From Phoronis australis (lineage: Eukaryota > Animalia > Phoronida), in the NCBI GenBank assembly GCA_002633005.1, contig NMRA01000353.1, forward strand, positions 9,625 through 73,624: a stretch of 64,000 bases of DNA, written 5' to 3'. The position numbers and the translations under genes are program-made. Below, piece by piece: positions 24,001 through 37,982 of this stretch (positions within the stretch are counted from its first letter, which is position 1; each line of letters begins with the position of its first letter). A model generated the notes under the pieces. That model ran no database searches, was not told where the DNA came from, and was given only the letters and a program-made list of their open reading frames with translations.

Positions 24001-26083
24001 TGTACAACTGTAATCGTAGGGCAATTGTAATGCAAACCATGTTGCAAAAGTATTTTTTCATGACCATTTCATTGTAAAATGCTGCCTAATTGGAACCGAC
24101 AAGCCAATTTTTCATTTTGTGGTGGTTAGTTTTGATAAGAACATTGATGTGGTAAATACAGCTACCTCAAGTTTGTGAAGAAGAGATTTCCAGTGTTGTC
24201 AGCGATATTGCGAAATCACTTTTTCGCAGTGAGACTACATCACCTTAAATGTAATTCCCTGACTTTATGAGCTTTGTGTGGTTGACTCTGTCCTGTAGCA
24301 ATTAGAGTGTTGAAAAGATCTAGAAGGCAATTTTTTATTAGAGTCATAACATTTGCACTTTTGACTGTACAGTTATCTTTGCATTGTATTACGAAAACAT
24401 ATTTTGTAGTACACAAGTCTCTGGTTGGTATTTTATATTTTTTCACAAGGAATATTTTCAACTTAGATGAGTTGTCTGTGAGGTAGGCAATTTTCAAATA
24501 AGATAATGAATAAAATTGTCAAACATTGTTTTATTTTTTAGATGTGTGATCTTCCAATAAGTGATTACTTTTAAAAAACCTGTGCAGAATTTGATTTTTA
24601 CTCTTCATTTGAAGGAGAATAAATCCATAAACCTGCATTGTCTAGAAATTTTACTCAAACTACATATTACAGGGTTGGGGATTGGAATCTTAATACAACA
24701 GAGTCTGAACCCGTACCATGAGCAATACAACACAATACACGGATATAAAAATTTGGTGTTTAGGTTCCACGGAAAGGATTCGTGTGCGCGGTAATAGTTA
24801 CTAAGGTGCGTGGTCATTGTTTGTGGATACTTTGGGATTCCTCTTCTGTGGTCATCCACGGGAAACCTGGTCGCATAGAGAACAATAGATTAGCATCTTC
24901 ATTGTTTCCGTTGTTATAATAAAGATATAATGACGAGCACTTATCGGCAACGGTCTGATGTACGCAAGGTTCTATATCCATGCGACCTGTGTTGTTACAT
25001 CCAACAATGACACAACAAAGGAAAACAATGATAGGACCGATGGGCGAAAAACATGCGACGAGTTGCCATGGACAGTGGTGGAGTTTGTCTTGTCATTCGA
25101 ATGTTTTTACAGAACTGCAAACCCGGTATTTCGTCAGGAAAATTTCTGCGGTCTTTTAATTTAAGTCGTGGGAAAAATTGCGGTCATGCAACCTAACTTA
25201 TCATTCATTTGATATTGCAATGCATTACATGAACATTTGATCAACAGAAAATCTGACTTGAATATGTGTGAAGAAATACCCATGAGGAAATTGCAAAGTA
25301 AAACAACTGTAAATCAAAATAACCTACATTTGTCGAGTTCATGTCTAACCCTGTTCACTGTGGAGGACATAATCGGCTTTTTACAAAATGGAGCCATGTA
25401 TGGTATTTAGGGGTACTGTAGCCCTAAGTGGTAAGTAGTAAAACGTTCAAAACATTCAGGAGGAACTAACTTGTTGCAAAATATCGAAAAACATGAAGGA
25501 CAATCGGATTTTACGGTGCTCACGCATCGATCTCAGATATATGAAAATTTCTCATTTTAGTACATTTGAGGTGCCAAAATATATAACTAATAAACTGGCT
25601 GACAAAGTTTTTATTTTATGAAATGAAAGTAACATGTTTTGTCAACATTTTGGCTAAGTTTCATTCTCATAACAGTGGGGGCAGATTTGGTACAGCAGTG
25701 TACTGAACACAACCTCAAAATGGCATAACGGGGGGCAGTGTAGTAAAACTACTAAATGAGGGTGGTAAATCGGAATCGTGTTTCAAGACATCTGTGTAAC
25801 AATCTACAGGCACCACTAAACAATGCCAAGTGAATAATAAATCAATAGCTTTCATTCAAGGAAAAATATGAACAGTTAAAACTGGACAGTTTTTATACCG
25901 TGAAAACATGGCTGCGAAGCCGTAAAATGTGTTTGAGCCTATAACTTTAGAAAAACGCAATATTTTGAGGAAATATTTTACCGCTGTTTATAGATCCCAT
26001 AGGACTACCTATGTGCCAAATTTGGTGAAAATCGGCTGACCCCCACCTTGCCGCTCATGGCTGGTGCTCTCGTGGACTAGTAC
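21047..26083 (+). mobile_element. TTAA-flanked DNA transposon with decayed, spliced transposase remnants (tentatively Sola3-like; family uncertain)
   Basis: TTAA on both sides; TIR gtaYYagtccacg...gcggcaaggtgggggtca; remnants TCPNHRY..IYWRR..HPLH (~22110-22190) and KGW..PEDMSKRICSLRNELG..FAKDYWLIPQQV (~22700-22960). Confidence 0.7.
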
Positions 26084-26567
26084 TTAATTACAACGCTGCA
26101 ACTCAATAGACGTATTTTATTGGTTGAGGTATTCGTGTGTTATTTTTTTACTACCACATGAGCGCCATCTGTCGGCCGCAACAAGCAGCATTACACCACA
26201 AATTGTACTGCCAACCAAATTTTTGCAAATCTGGCTTGTTTGAGGGCTACCTGAAATCGCGACCAATTTTTCAGTTGCTACACAGCAATGCACAATTGCA
26301 ACAGGGGGCCACCATCTTGAAGAAGAATGCGGCTACAGTGGTCTTTTTTCATTGTCAGCATGTTCACAAATATAAAAAAACACATTCACTTGGCTTACAT
26401 ACAACCCCCAACTAAAAAATTCCCCCAAGCCTGGCCTACCCCTACATATTAATATTTCGGGAGTGCAAATTGGCCGCGGCCGCAGCGTTTCTGTTCAGTG
26501 CCACCTAAGCCTACGTGTGGTAGGACTCGATCTGGGCATTAGTGGAGGGCGTGGCATCTCTCGTACC

Positions 26568-27045
26568 AGAACGGAAGCAGTTTGTTCGTTATTTATAAAA
26601 ATTGGAAGTTCATCGTCACGCCTCTTTTGTGTTTGGTCAAAACACTATTTCGTGACTAAAATATGCCGAACAAAGGCGGTGTGCCCCCTACCGAGTCGTA
26701 TCTTCCACACAGTCTTTCCACACGGCGCACAAACTGGCCATTTCTGTGTATTTCACGTGTTTAAGAAACTCGAGCACAGACATGTTGGCGGTCAAGTTAC
26801 AGACTCCACAAGCGCACATTTTCATGTCTGAAAAAGGCGGCTCTCCGCAGATTTTCCTCACAACTCCTCAGTATCGCGCTGGTTAAATCAACAGCGGTGG
26901 AGACGGTCTTTCTCCCCGATAACAGAAAAATACTTTTTCTTAATGTTTGGCTTGATTCTTAGCAAAAGCTATACTAAAGACTACAAAATCTCTTAAGATG
27001 TATTAATAAAATTCTTTTCAACACACAGGGTCATGGTGTGAACAG
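26568..27045 (+). repeat. Interspersed repeat, copy 1 (diverged copy 2 at 44140-44558)
   Basis: Shared blocks gaaYggaagca..gttatttata, ccgagtcgta, ttcacgt.tttaagaaa, tctgaaaa.g.cggctctc, ctcagtatcgc, taacagaaaaatacttt and ggtcatggtg in the same order. Confidence 0.8.
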
Positions 27046-27947
27046 TTTAGAACACAAGTGTGGACGTTTGACTAGTGTAGCTTGATATAGCCTCGCTCAT
27101 ATCCGAGCTCGTAACCCGAGAGTTGCGTATCAGTTTTGTATGCAGGGATTCTGCATAATTAGCCAAAGGGTTGCACAAGCGAAGTTCTTCATGGCGTTAC
27201 GTAGCGCAAATGGGAATGTTCATTATTGTGCGTCGCTTGTGCAACTCTACTTTGGTTTAATAGATCGACTATGCAATGCGACAGCAGTATTCGACCAATC
27301 TGAACTGAGAAATGGAAATTGCGCAATGGAGGTGTTGCACATCTTTGTAACTAAATTTACTTTTTAGTATTAAGCAATTGCGTATGAGTTGTGTTTACTG
27401 GTACTCGTACTGCTTGACTGCGCCATTCGAAGCAACCGCAAGCGTCTGTGCTTTGAGAAGGAATATTTTCGACAATAGGGAAAAATAACACGGTGGGTAT
27501 ACTCGCGTTTAAATGTAAGTTCCAAGTAAAAGATTACAGTCTGAAGCAAACCACAAAAGGATACAGTTATATCAGAAACAAAATCGTGCTTGCCGATAAT
27601 TCAGAAATAGTCATTTTTTAAGTTGGCGCAAGCCTAAACAAGATTTCATATCTCAACCTCCACGTTTCTAAAAAGTGGGCCTAATCTACATCCACAGCTG
27701 TCAAGACGTTCCTCTCAATATCGCTAAGCTTGAACCTAGGAACAACTTTAAAATCCCTTTGAAACAGCACTCGCTCTTCATTATGGGAAGCTATAAATGA
27801 GATAATTTTAAAATCTTTGAGAACCATGATGTATTAGCACTTTGCTAAGGATTTATTTTGTGTATTGCACTGTGTAAATAAGTTCAATAATAATAGTAAT
27901 GATAATAATAATAATGTCAATGGTTATCCAAATTCATGCCGTGTCAG

Positions 27948-28230
27948 CCCGGAGGGTATACCTATAGAAAAGGTATACGAAAAGTGCAGCCCAAAAGGGA
28001 GTTTTTCACAGCACAAAAGCACTCTCCAAAATAGTGTCATTTTCGATAAAATACTTTCTAAAAGTTCAGCAATCCTGAATTTCTGGAACAGAACTGTGCG
28101 AAAATGTAAATGTTTATACAAAATTACTATCTGAATGGTTCACATTTTTGTCCGAGCCCTTTCTCTAAATCGGTAGGCATCAAAATTTTCGGGCTGCAAC
28201 CCTCGTCCAAAAATACTCGATTACCCCCGG
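27948..28230. mobile_element. Small MITE with CCCGG-type termini
   Basis: cccggagggta... / ...tacccccgg; subterminal tgcagccc / gggctgca inverted. Confidence 0.55.
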
Positions 28231-30757
28231 CCAAGTCAGACACCTCTTGTTCGTCGTGATTTTGGTCATTTACTTAGTGATCTGACGTTGATGTCGTAAA
28301 ACGTAACAATGGTACATTTCTGGCATGCGCATTCGGCGTAAAATGTAACAATTACATAAAATATAACAACTTGTTGCATTTTAGGAGAGGCCTAATAATC
28401 TAAAATGTTACGTGGACACGTGTAACATTTTACGAAATTGTTACATTTTACAAAGTATCAATACTATCCCAATAACACTCATTACTGACCTTTCAAGGAG
28501 ACTGCAGCAAGCATATGCAAGAGTATGAACGACAGAGTTGCCAGGTACCTCATATTGGTAGTTTGACACTCAAGATAACAAACGCCACATTAGTGTCCGT
28601 AGGCCGCGCCTTCGTCTTGACCTGAACAAATTGCAAAGCGTAAAGTTTTGGCGTGTCGAAATCGGCTTACAGATAGCTACCGCCTACCATTCAACTTTTG
28701 CTATATGTCCTGCCTGTTCTGTTTTAGCCTTAGCTGACAATGACAGTCACAGTAGCGAAAGAATTTCATTAGAACAAAACTAATTGCCAAGTGGACTAGA
28801 CCCGTGCACGCTGTCCGAACAGGTACTCGATGATGTTCTGAAATTGAAAAACAAAGAAGAGTACATATAGTCCACGTTACCTGAATGATTAACCTAACTT
28901 GATTTAACAGCATTCATGATTGACTCTAGACCATTGGAAGAAGCTAGCCGAATCCCCACGACAGTAACTATTGAACAAGGAAATAAGTTGTTAGTGATCG
29001 TCAAGTAAATACATGTAGGATATCGTTTTATACTCGCTCCTCTCAATCTAGGTCAAATTATGTATACAATGGGAACTCTATCCTGCCTACAAAGGTCACT
29101 GTCACGTTTCCACCATGTATAGGTGAGCATAGGTTGTTACGGATAGGCGCTGATAGTTTTTGGTGCGACGATAGACTGAAGAATTGGTTTGAGTTATTCG
29201 CTTTATTAATCTCGACCGTGAGTTCACAACAAAAATTTTGTATCCCCTCACTCCGCCAGAAAATAATATCGGATATTTTGCTCGTGAAAAATATATATGC
29301 GCACCAAAGTACACATAACGAATTCTTTTACGAACCTTAAAAACCGAGCATGGTTCTGCAAAATGTGGGACGCTTGTCAACTACATCTATATGAAGGTAG
29401 TATTGATAACTGAATTTTTTAAATTACATGTAAATGTGAGATAACTTCCAATCCTAACATTTCATTGTTGCAATGCATGTGTAGGCCTACCATTGATATT
29501 TTTATAACAGTCTTGTAACAACAGTCCAAAGACATTGGTCAAAACAATGTAGAATAGTTACGACAAAACCAACTCCCTGCTCAATCCACGCACGTCCAAA
29601 ACCATGACTCAGCACTAACATTGAGAAAACTCTGTTTAACCTGTTGTAACTGAAATTCCCAGACGCGAATCATCGAATGAAAGGCAACAAGCTGAGCTCT
29701 AGTCAATAACAACAATTATCCCCAAAGTACGTTCGTCGACCCAAAAACTGAGTGCGTCCCTTTAACAGACAGCGCCCAGGTTCTTCCACTACGCATGGGC
29801 TACGCATCATAGGGGGCTGGGGCTATAGCCCCCACCTTTTTCAGTGCTGCACTGTCCATGTACATCAGAGAAGTTTAAGCTAAAGATGAGCTGGAATCTA
29901 CAGGGCGTTTCCCCAGAACTGATAATTGGTAGTACTATAATATGAACATTCATAAACGTGACAAAATATAGTGATCCGCCTTAATAAATCAACCGAAATG
30001 AGTTCAAAACGAAAATAAAAATGAAAAACTTCCTATCTTCCTTGCAGAAGGTGGTACTTAGGAGAAAATGAGTTTTCTACATGTTTAAAGTAAAATTTGT
30101 CTCCTTGAATTTAAGATCATTAAAATGTCGACGTGGAAAAGCTCTTCACATCTTAATTCTCTTGAACACTGTAGTAGAAAGGCAAATTTCGGAGGGCACT
30201 TTGTAGTTGTTTTCACTTTTAGGGTACCAAGACTTCCCGGCCACGCACAAATTTAGTCTTTCACGCAAAATTTTTACATAAGGACGCGCCTTTTTCTTTT
30301 TTCGCGGACACATTTCTTAGCTCTCACGCACACACGCACATCAACCCTGGACCCGCACAATATTCCCTGTCAGCGATGATAGTTCCCGCTGATGAATAAA
30401 CTTGTATATTGGGGAGCTTCGGGGACAAATTTCGTGTCAATCGCACTCGCTTGCCGTCTTTACTTTAAAAAAGTACCATATTTTATCATAAATTCAAACC
30501 GAAATTGCCATGTTCTCTTGAAATTCTATGCTTGTTAGTCAGCTTATCATGACTTTATGGAAAAAATACTTTACTCAAACTTCACGGTATCAATACGCTC
30601 CAAGCGAGGACACACTGAAGATTATCATGCTGCCGGACCCCACACTCTGCTAGCGATTCCAAGCATTTGAGGCTTGGTCATGAAAAGCACCTGAGTAATG
30701 ATTGGCCGCAGCCTTGGTGTCAGTAAAAATATGTCAGAATTCTGACACATTTGATTT

Positions 30758-30969
30758 CAGGAGCGGATCTATCTGGGGGTTCAGGTGGTTTAAGCCCCCG
30801 GGATAGGATAAAAAATAAGAATTAAAAAATACTTCAGCAGGAAAACGAAATCGGCTGCCAAAATCAGAAAAGATATTACACGCCCTTCCGACCGCCACCG
30901 CTTGAGGTTACGCGCCTTGGATTCGCGCGAATCCTAAACACCCCTTACTGAAAACGTAGATCTGCGGTC
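30758..30969. mobile_element. Small hAT-type MITE relic
   Basis: caggagcggatcta... / ...tagatctgcgg; ggggttcagg / cctaaacacccc subterminal motifs. Confidence 0.5.
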
Positions 30970-31646
30970 AAATAGCTATAAGGCAGTCGACAAGTTTTGT
31001 AGGGCCTCTAGAAAATACTTTTTGTGCGTACTTCATGGGAGCAACTTTATTTAGGTGTTAAGTCATTGAATAGTATCTTTTCAAAATCTAAAAAATTACC
31101 CATTCTTGAGAAATTAGGGTTTGAAGTTATGTAATAGTCCTTTGTGAACATATATTCGTGAAAATTACACTCTTCCTACCTTTTTTGCAGTACAAGTAAT
31201 AAGGTTTCAACAATATAATTTTATTTAACAATAATACAATCAAATTATATGTTTCACTTTTGCAGAGAAGTTGCAAACAGTGAAATATTAAAATGTAAAG
31301 TGACGCCTAGTGGCAGAAATATGAACTAAATTTGGATGTTAGAAGGAGGCTATTCTGGCATTTTCTGATAAGCAAAATAGCACAGTACTCTCAAGAGTAG
31401 TTAAAATGTGTGTCAGTGACTGCACCATTGACTGATGAAATAAAATACAATTTGTTTTCATAACATACCAGAAATATATTGAACAAAAAACAACAAAGTT
31501 GGAACAATCTCCAAAAACATCGACTGTATGAAAATACTAAATTATTCCGACACTCATCCAGCAAGCAGCCTAAGACAAATACATAAAAATGATCAAAGTG
31601 TGTACATGTACTTGCTATGACTAAATCACCAAATGAAAGTCACCGC

Positions 31647-32300
31647 TCATATTTTCATAACCCAAAAATACATGTGTAAAACAAAATAACGGGGTTGGAG
31701 AAGCTGACAGTCTGCGGTTGACTTAAAATATATCATTTTCATTGCCAAATAACTATCCAAAGTTATGCAGGCAGTTTTGCTGATCTTACTACAGTTGTCA
31801 CAACAGCACATTTCTGTACAGTTTGACCCATTATTTGAGATCAAACTCAGTTTCCCTGCACACATGTTCTTTTTGATCTTGCAGCATACATTGTTGAGTA
31901 CTGTCAATGGAGCTGTGGGCAAATTGCCATCAGTTTTAACTGCAAAGCTCCACCGCCAAGAAGCCAACTATGGACAATTACAGAGAGTACAGCACTGCAC
32001 ACTGGTAGTTGGCTGCATGAAAAGAAGGGTAAAGCACTGAGTCCTTGTTTGGAGGCAGACAGGATTCGGGCACGTGTTTTATTCAAAATTCGATATAATG
32101 AGCTGTGTTAAATATTGTGTCATCAAGTGAATTATTGAACACTAGCCTCAGTTCACTTTTGTATATCACAGTTGGGCACAAACTGCAACTGTGGGTAGCT
32201 TCAACGGTCGTTTCTTAAGATTGCCGGTCCAAATAACGTCCTGCACACCAGCTTTCTTAAGTACAGCTTCAAAGTCTCGCTTTAGTTTTGAAAGGCATAT
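31647..32300 (-). pseudogene. Academ (AcademX)-type transposase C-terminal relic with Cys8 finger
   Basis: NKTRARILS..LSALP..; PTAPLTVLNNVCCKIKKNMCAGK..CTEMCCCDNCS; heavily frameshifted. Confidence 0.6.
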
Positions 32301-33648
32301 GACATCTCCATATGTTAGAAGCTTTAATTAAATGAACTCCGAACAAAACTGTGAAAAGTCATCTCTGAAAACTGTGTGGATTCTTCACTATTCACAATCT
32401 TTGTTTTTCTATTTTTATAGTGTGATCTCTGGTACTTGGCTTCTCAAGCCAAAAGGTCTTCATCTTCCAATTTCATCTGCATATATTCAGGTTTCCGGAC
32501 TGAGCTGATGCTTGCGATACAAGTTCAACTGATAAAACACGAACAGTTAACACTACTTCAACGTATAACTACGAGGAAGTTGGCAAGTAAAATCCGGACT
32601 TGTTAGGCATTGCTCCACCACCAGCCAAAAACATTTACATGCCGTCCGATCTGTCGCTTAAAAATGTTGACGTCTGATTAGATTAGTTGATGCGACTGAA
32701 AATAAGTCAGCTGATATACCAGTACAGTTGATTCAAATTTAATGTTTTAATCAGATGCTCATACCACAGTCACTCGATTTACACTTATTATGATAATCAT
32801 CATTTGACAAAATGAACATGGGCTTCTCCTGTCGTCAAACTACGACAGGAACGCTGACCACTTGGGCACCTCAATTTAATTACCATTGTAGCCAACTAAG
32901 TAATTAATGCTGACGAAAAATTGAGAAGAGGTTCCACCTGTCTCAGGATTACGGTGGGGGATAATGGCCACTTGGGTATGTTGATTGCAAGTATCTACTC
33001 CATTTAACCTTCTCGTTTTTTACCTAAAGTGCTTAAAATCACACCCACCATCAACGCCATATGATTATCCCCTTAGCGCAAGCAGTGTGATTTAGACAAC
33101 TGAATGACGAAAATTAAAAAAACAGGATTGCAGGAGTATTTGTTTAAGTGGGGAACAAATAAGAACATTAACATTGAGAATGGAACTAAAAGAGGTTATC
33201 TGACTGTATATACTTGCATTACATATGAGTTCAAGCTCAAAAATTCAAACAGGTCGCATTTATACTACCCTCTGAAAATTTAGACAATGTGCAGTGCATA
33301 TGCATATCATAGTGAACTCACAAAAATGATATTGTTTTCAAAATTAACAACAAATCACTGGTGTCATTTGTGGCAAACTGGTATAAGAGGTCATGGACTT
33401 AATTTAGATGGGACTGTTGGCAAGAGTGATTTTTTTCGTTTAAATTAGACTCCTGAAATTGGCCCAAATTTATCTATTGGCAAGTCTTAACCCTTAGTCT
33501 AATCTCTGTATCGTCTAAGTTTCTGAAATTAGGCAAATGTGATTGGGATTTGCAGACCTCAAGGCCTTTCCATTTTGGTGCGTGCACATATTGTGCATCA
33601 CCTTATGCATGGGTATGTGTATTGCACATTTCCGCTGTACTTTTATAG

Positions 33649-35520
33649 GATGTCAAGATGACGGCAACTTGGCCAACTGCAGGGTTCTCTTTCCAACCTC
33701 AAAGATCTACGAGGCCGTTAAAAGAGTGCATGAACAAACCCTTCATGTTGGCTACAAGAAGGTAAACGAGATCATGTACAGGGACTTCACGGGTGTGCCG
33801 CGCACGTTCATCGAAGAATTCTGCAGAACATATCCCACTTGTGAACCCCAATCCTGCCGTCTACCTTTACGGCCTATGGTGGAGAACAGCTTGTGGACCC
33901 GCATGCAAGTTGACCTGATCGACATGCAGAACTCTCCTGACAGCAAGTATAATTTCATCTGCCATGTTGTTGACCACTTTTCTAAATTTCATAATTCCGT
34001 TTCCTATAGAGTCCAAGACTGCACATGAAGTTGCCAGGATACTTGAGGAAAGGGTGTTCTCGTACCTTGGTCTTCCGTCAGTGATACATTCAGACAATTG
34101 GAGGGAATTCAAGAATGCGTTGCTGAAGGACCTAACACAGCAGTGGGGCAACATCACCTTTGTGATTGGGCTACCACACCATTCGCAGCACCATTCTCAT
34201 GGGCGTCGTGGCTTGGTCGAGTGATGTATGCCATGGACAATCGGGTTTGTGAAACTAAGAAAAAGCCACCTTTCGAGGTAATGTATGGCAAGAAAGCAAA
34301 AACCCTGTTCCGGCTTTTGTTGGTGTGATTAATTAACAAGACCTTCATAACCCTACTGACAATTTTTGCAATACTGGCACCGAGTTACAAGACCTGAGTG
34401 ATGAACCTGCTACATCATCGACAACCCTCAACAAAATCAAGACACCGGACATCTGCTCTACTCCTACTTCACCTGCTGGCAGTCCACCACCTCCACCACT
34501 AGCGTCCCTGAGCAGTCATCCACTTCGACTCCTAGGTCTCTTAATAGTAACAGTAATGGTAATAGTAATAATAATAATGGTAGTACATCTCAGTTTATTT
34601 CAGGTGTGACGGAGGCAGATTGTGGCACAACAACTTCACCTGATTCCTTGTCGCCTACGAGAGCACAAATAAGGCATGAATCTCACGTTCCAACTGTGAG
34701 GAATGCTGCAAGGATGAAATTTACGCACAAGAAGAAGTTCGGTAACAATATCTGCAAATTTCGTGTAGCAGACAACGTGACTGTTGAAATCCCAAAGGCT
34801 GACAGGACAAGCTGTGAAATGAGGCGTCTTCTGGCCAAGATCTACAAGGCCAGTGGTAATTTCAATGTCCGCTATAGGGTGTCTACTCCATTTGGTATTG
34901 TCAAAGGATGCTTCCGGGCAGGTGACTTGCAAAGTACCATGGAGAAATAAATTCAAATATGGACAAGACAGTGACACTGAGGGAAGCTGCACGCTTAGAT
35001 AATCCTAACACTTCTTTTCTTAACAAGAAATGCAAGTCATCAGGCCTCTGTACCACTAAAACCTGTCTCTGTCTCAGGAACACCGTATCCTGCAGTACAC
35101 ATTGACATCCTTCCCACACGTGTAATAATGCTTGTGCCTCATCTGGACCCAAAGCAGTCTCCGCTTCACCTAAAGTCGGCACTAACTCCTATCTTGCTGA
35201 AATAGAACGGCATGACTCGTGGTTAAGCGACATCCAAATCCATGGCGCATCGTCTTTTATTCGTCTCACGAATCCACACATTGGCGGTCTGACCAACCCT
35301 ACCCTTCAATAGAATCTGTCTTAGCCAATTCCAACAGGTGAGCTCATCCAGATCTTGCATGTGCGTTATCATTGGATAACAATGTCTAATTTAGGTCTTG
35401 GGGCAGTTGAAGTTAATATCTACGATAGCCTGGCAAAGACGCCAATCATGAGAGACCTGGTGCCTATTTGCGACCTCCTTTGCTCGAACAACAAGAACGC
35501 CAAGTACCATGTAAAGAAAG
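33649..35520 (+). pseudogene. Ginger-type (integrase-like) DNA transposase relic with Cys-rich and Ulp1-like protease C-terminus
   Basis: HHCC (HEQTLHVGY..CRTYPTC), RMQVDLIDM, VDHFSKF, IHSDN.REF, PFEVMYGK; DNVTVEIPKADR, TLREAAR, CTTKTCLCLRNTVSCSTH; WLSDIQI..IQILHVRYHWIT..IYDSL; no RT or LTR nearby. Confidence 0.8.
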
Positions 35521-35919
35521 GAATATGTAAGTGTGAAAGTGACGTTGTATTTGTAACAGTATCTTGAGTTTGCACATATGAAAAGTGTGTGTGCTTTTAA
35601 CTGAGGGTTTTCCTTGACAGCTAGGTGCATCAACTTCTTTTTACCATTTTTTCGTGATTGGCCTGGTAGTGGACAATTATTGAGAGTTCAACTCTCACTA
35701 GAAAACATTCAATGTGTGGTCATCTTAACTGAGGTGATGACTCATATATTAAATTGCTCTTTATGCACTTGCATTTATATGTGTGTGCATTGTTGTCTCA
35801 TCTCAGCATGGATGTCCGGTGTCTGCTGCTATACCTTTTGCAGGGTACGATTTAAATTTGGAAGATGTGTTTATATGAGGTTTTATGAAGTTGACTAAAA
35901 ATGGCGACGACTTCTTGAT

Positions 35920-37630
35920 TTTTAACAGTTTGGAGTACAATTTTGGCTTCCACCTCTATCCGCCAAACTACTTGGAGGACGATTGTAAAAATTTGCTGAT
36001 GTGTTTCTGATTAAAAGGTTGGGTCTGACTTTGAAATTCGGACGGGTTTCACTACTTTGGTGCACCTTATTTGTATTTCTTTTCATCCACGGGTGTGTCT
36101 CTTTAACCTTGTTGGGACCTTTGTAAAATTTGACAGACGTGTTTCTACGGAGCTGACAACATATGTGACGCATTTCATACGTATTCAACTGTGCCCCCTA
36201 GTGCCATATTTAGTTGTTTATGTTTGGTTCTGCATTTCTGATTTTGTTGTAATTTTACAAAATTAATTTTATATTATAAGTTTCACTTCATCTCCCTACG
36301 ACTTTTGGATGGTTTCTTTTTTGACACTAATAAACATCACTAGAAGCACAATGTTTCCGGTGCTCCTGGATGCATTTCAACGTCCCACGATGTTAATACA
36401 CCCACATGTTTCTATTTGACTTAAGACTTTTCCTAAATACCTCCTCTACTTCTCTGTCAAGCGCCTTGTGATGGACTATTACGTTTTTGGGAAATTTGAG
36501 CATGTATTTCTTTATTTTAAATTCAAATACAAAATATTTTTTAAAAATCATTTTTGTTGATATTAATTAAATTTCTTCGAATTGGTTCTCAATAATGTTT
36601 CCATTTTGGACTTCTTTGACCTTTTTCTGCACGTTATTTTACCATAATGATGAGTCAAATATGCCAATCGGATCACGTTTGTGAAGTTTGGTTGTGAAAA
36701 CTGATAGTGGTAAATTGGAACTTTCTAGTATTCAATATGTTATGCGCCTCCTAATGGCCTTTCTATTTTTTCATTTTGTTTTGCTTGTCTGTTCCTCTGG
36801 GAGGATCATTGTGACAATTGCCAGAAAGCATCTTAGTGGCATGAGCTTGATATGACATTGATTTTCTGATGAGTTTGAGCACTGGAGTGATGTCACTGCA
36901 GTTGCATCTTCGCAACTGAATCTCCTATTGCCCTTGTAGTAAGTTCATGACAGAACTCAACAGAAAGATGGTCGTAATTAAATACTGTACCATCTTGATT
37001 GTTTTCATGTGTGGCTCACTTATCTTAATAGTTTCAGTGCAATGGGCCCACATGCGAGGCCTGCGCACGTCTGGTACAACGTGTATCAGACCGCCTGCAA
37101 TTTATTTTTTTTATAATAGTTTCTGAAAAGTCAATTTTGTATGAGTCAGATTAGTTCTTTTATAGCTTTTATTTGAAGTTTGCAAATTTATTACAGTCAT
37201 TAGGAGCCATGACTGTGGCGTCTCCTAGAGGCAGTTTTTTTATACCCATGGCTGTATCTCCTTAACTGTATACAAGATTTTTATGAAATTTAATAAGTTT
37301 ATTTCTAAGAACTTGACAGCTAGCAACAATGACTCAGATAGATCTGACAAATACTGTGCCCTTTGGTGTTAATTTCATGATTTCCGTTTTCCTCCGTTTC
37401 TCTGAAGCTGCTTGATGTATTTTTTTGAAGTTTAATTTCTGTAAAAATGATAACGAGTTCCTGTTTCGATATACTTTGTCCATCTAGTGGCCAATTTTAT
37501 GATTAAATAAACACCCCTAGAAGCACACGGTTTGCGGTGCATTCATGACACCTTTAAATTGCCACATTCCTCTTGTGCATTATTGCTTTTATTTAAAAAT
37601 ACGCAGTTAAGTTCTCAAGAACTCTTGCTT
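35920..37630 (-). repeat. Older, reverse-orientation copy of the satellite/HINE array
   Basis: Reverse-complement motifs gccccctagtgcc (~36193), gcgcctcctaatggc (~36745), gtggcgtctcctagaggcag (~37215), catctagtggcc (~37481) and cccatggctgtatctcc. Confidence 0.65.
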
Positions 37631-37982
37631 GCTTTACTGCTGCTGAGGATGTCAACCAGGGGTTGAAAATGTTTCAACATTGCAACAGTGCCCTATGCAG
37701 GCCACAAGGAGGCTCCGCATCAAGATTCAAATTAGGAATTTTAAAAACATGATGATAGAAAAAATTCGAACAAACTCTCATGTGCATTTGGAAAAAAGAA
37801 ATAATACTGTAGAATTACAAAAATCTTATTTGTTCTTTTAAAATTACAGATGAATAGCAGACACGTCCAAAGTATTAAGAACAGAAAATTATTGTTAAAA
37901 ATTAGAGAAAAACGTTGAAAGGTGTCGAACAAATGTTTTACAAAACAGCTGTTTTAAAAACTGTGGCCTCGAAGTTGATTCT

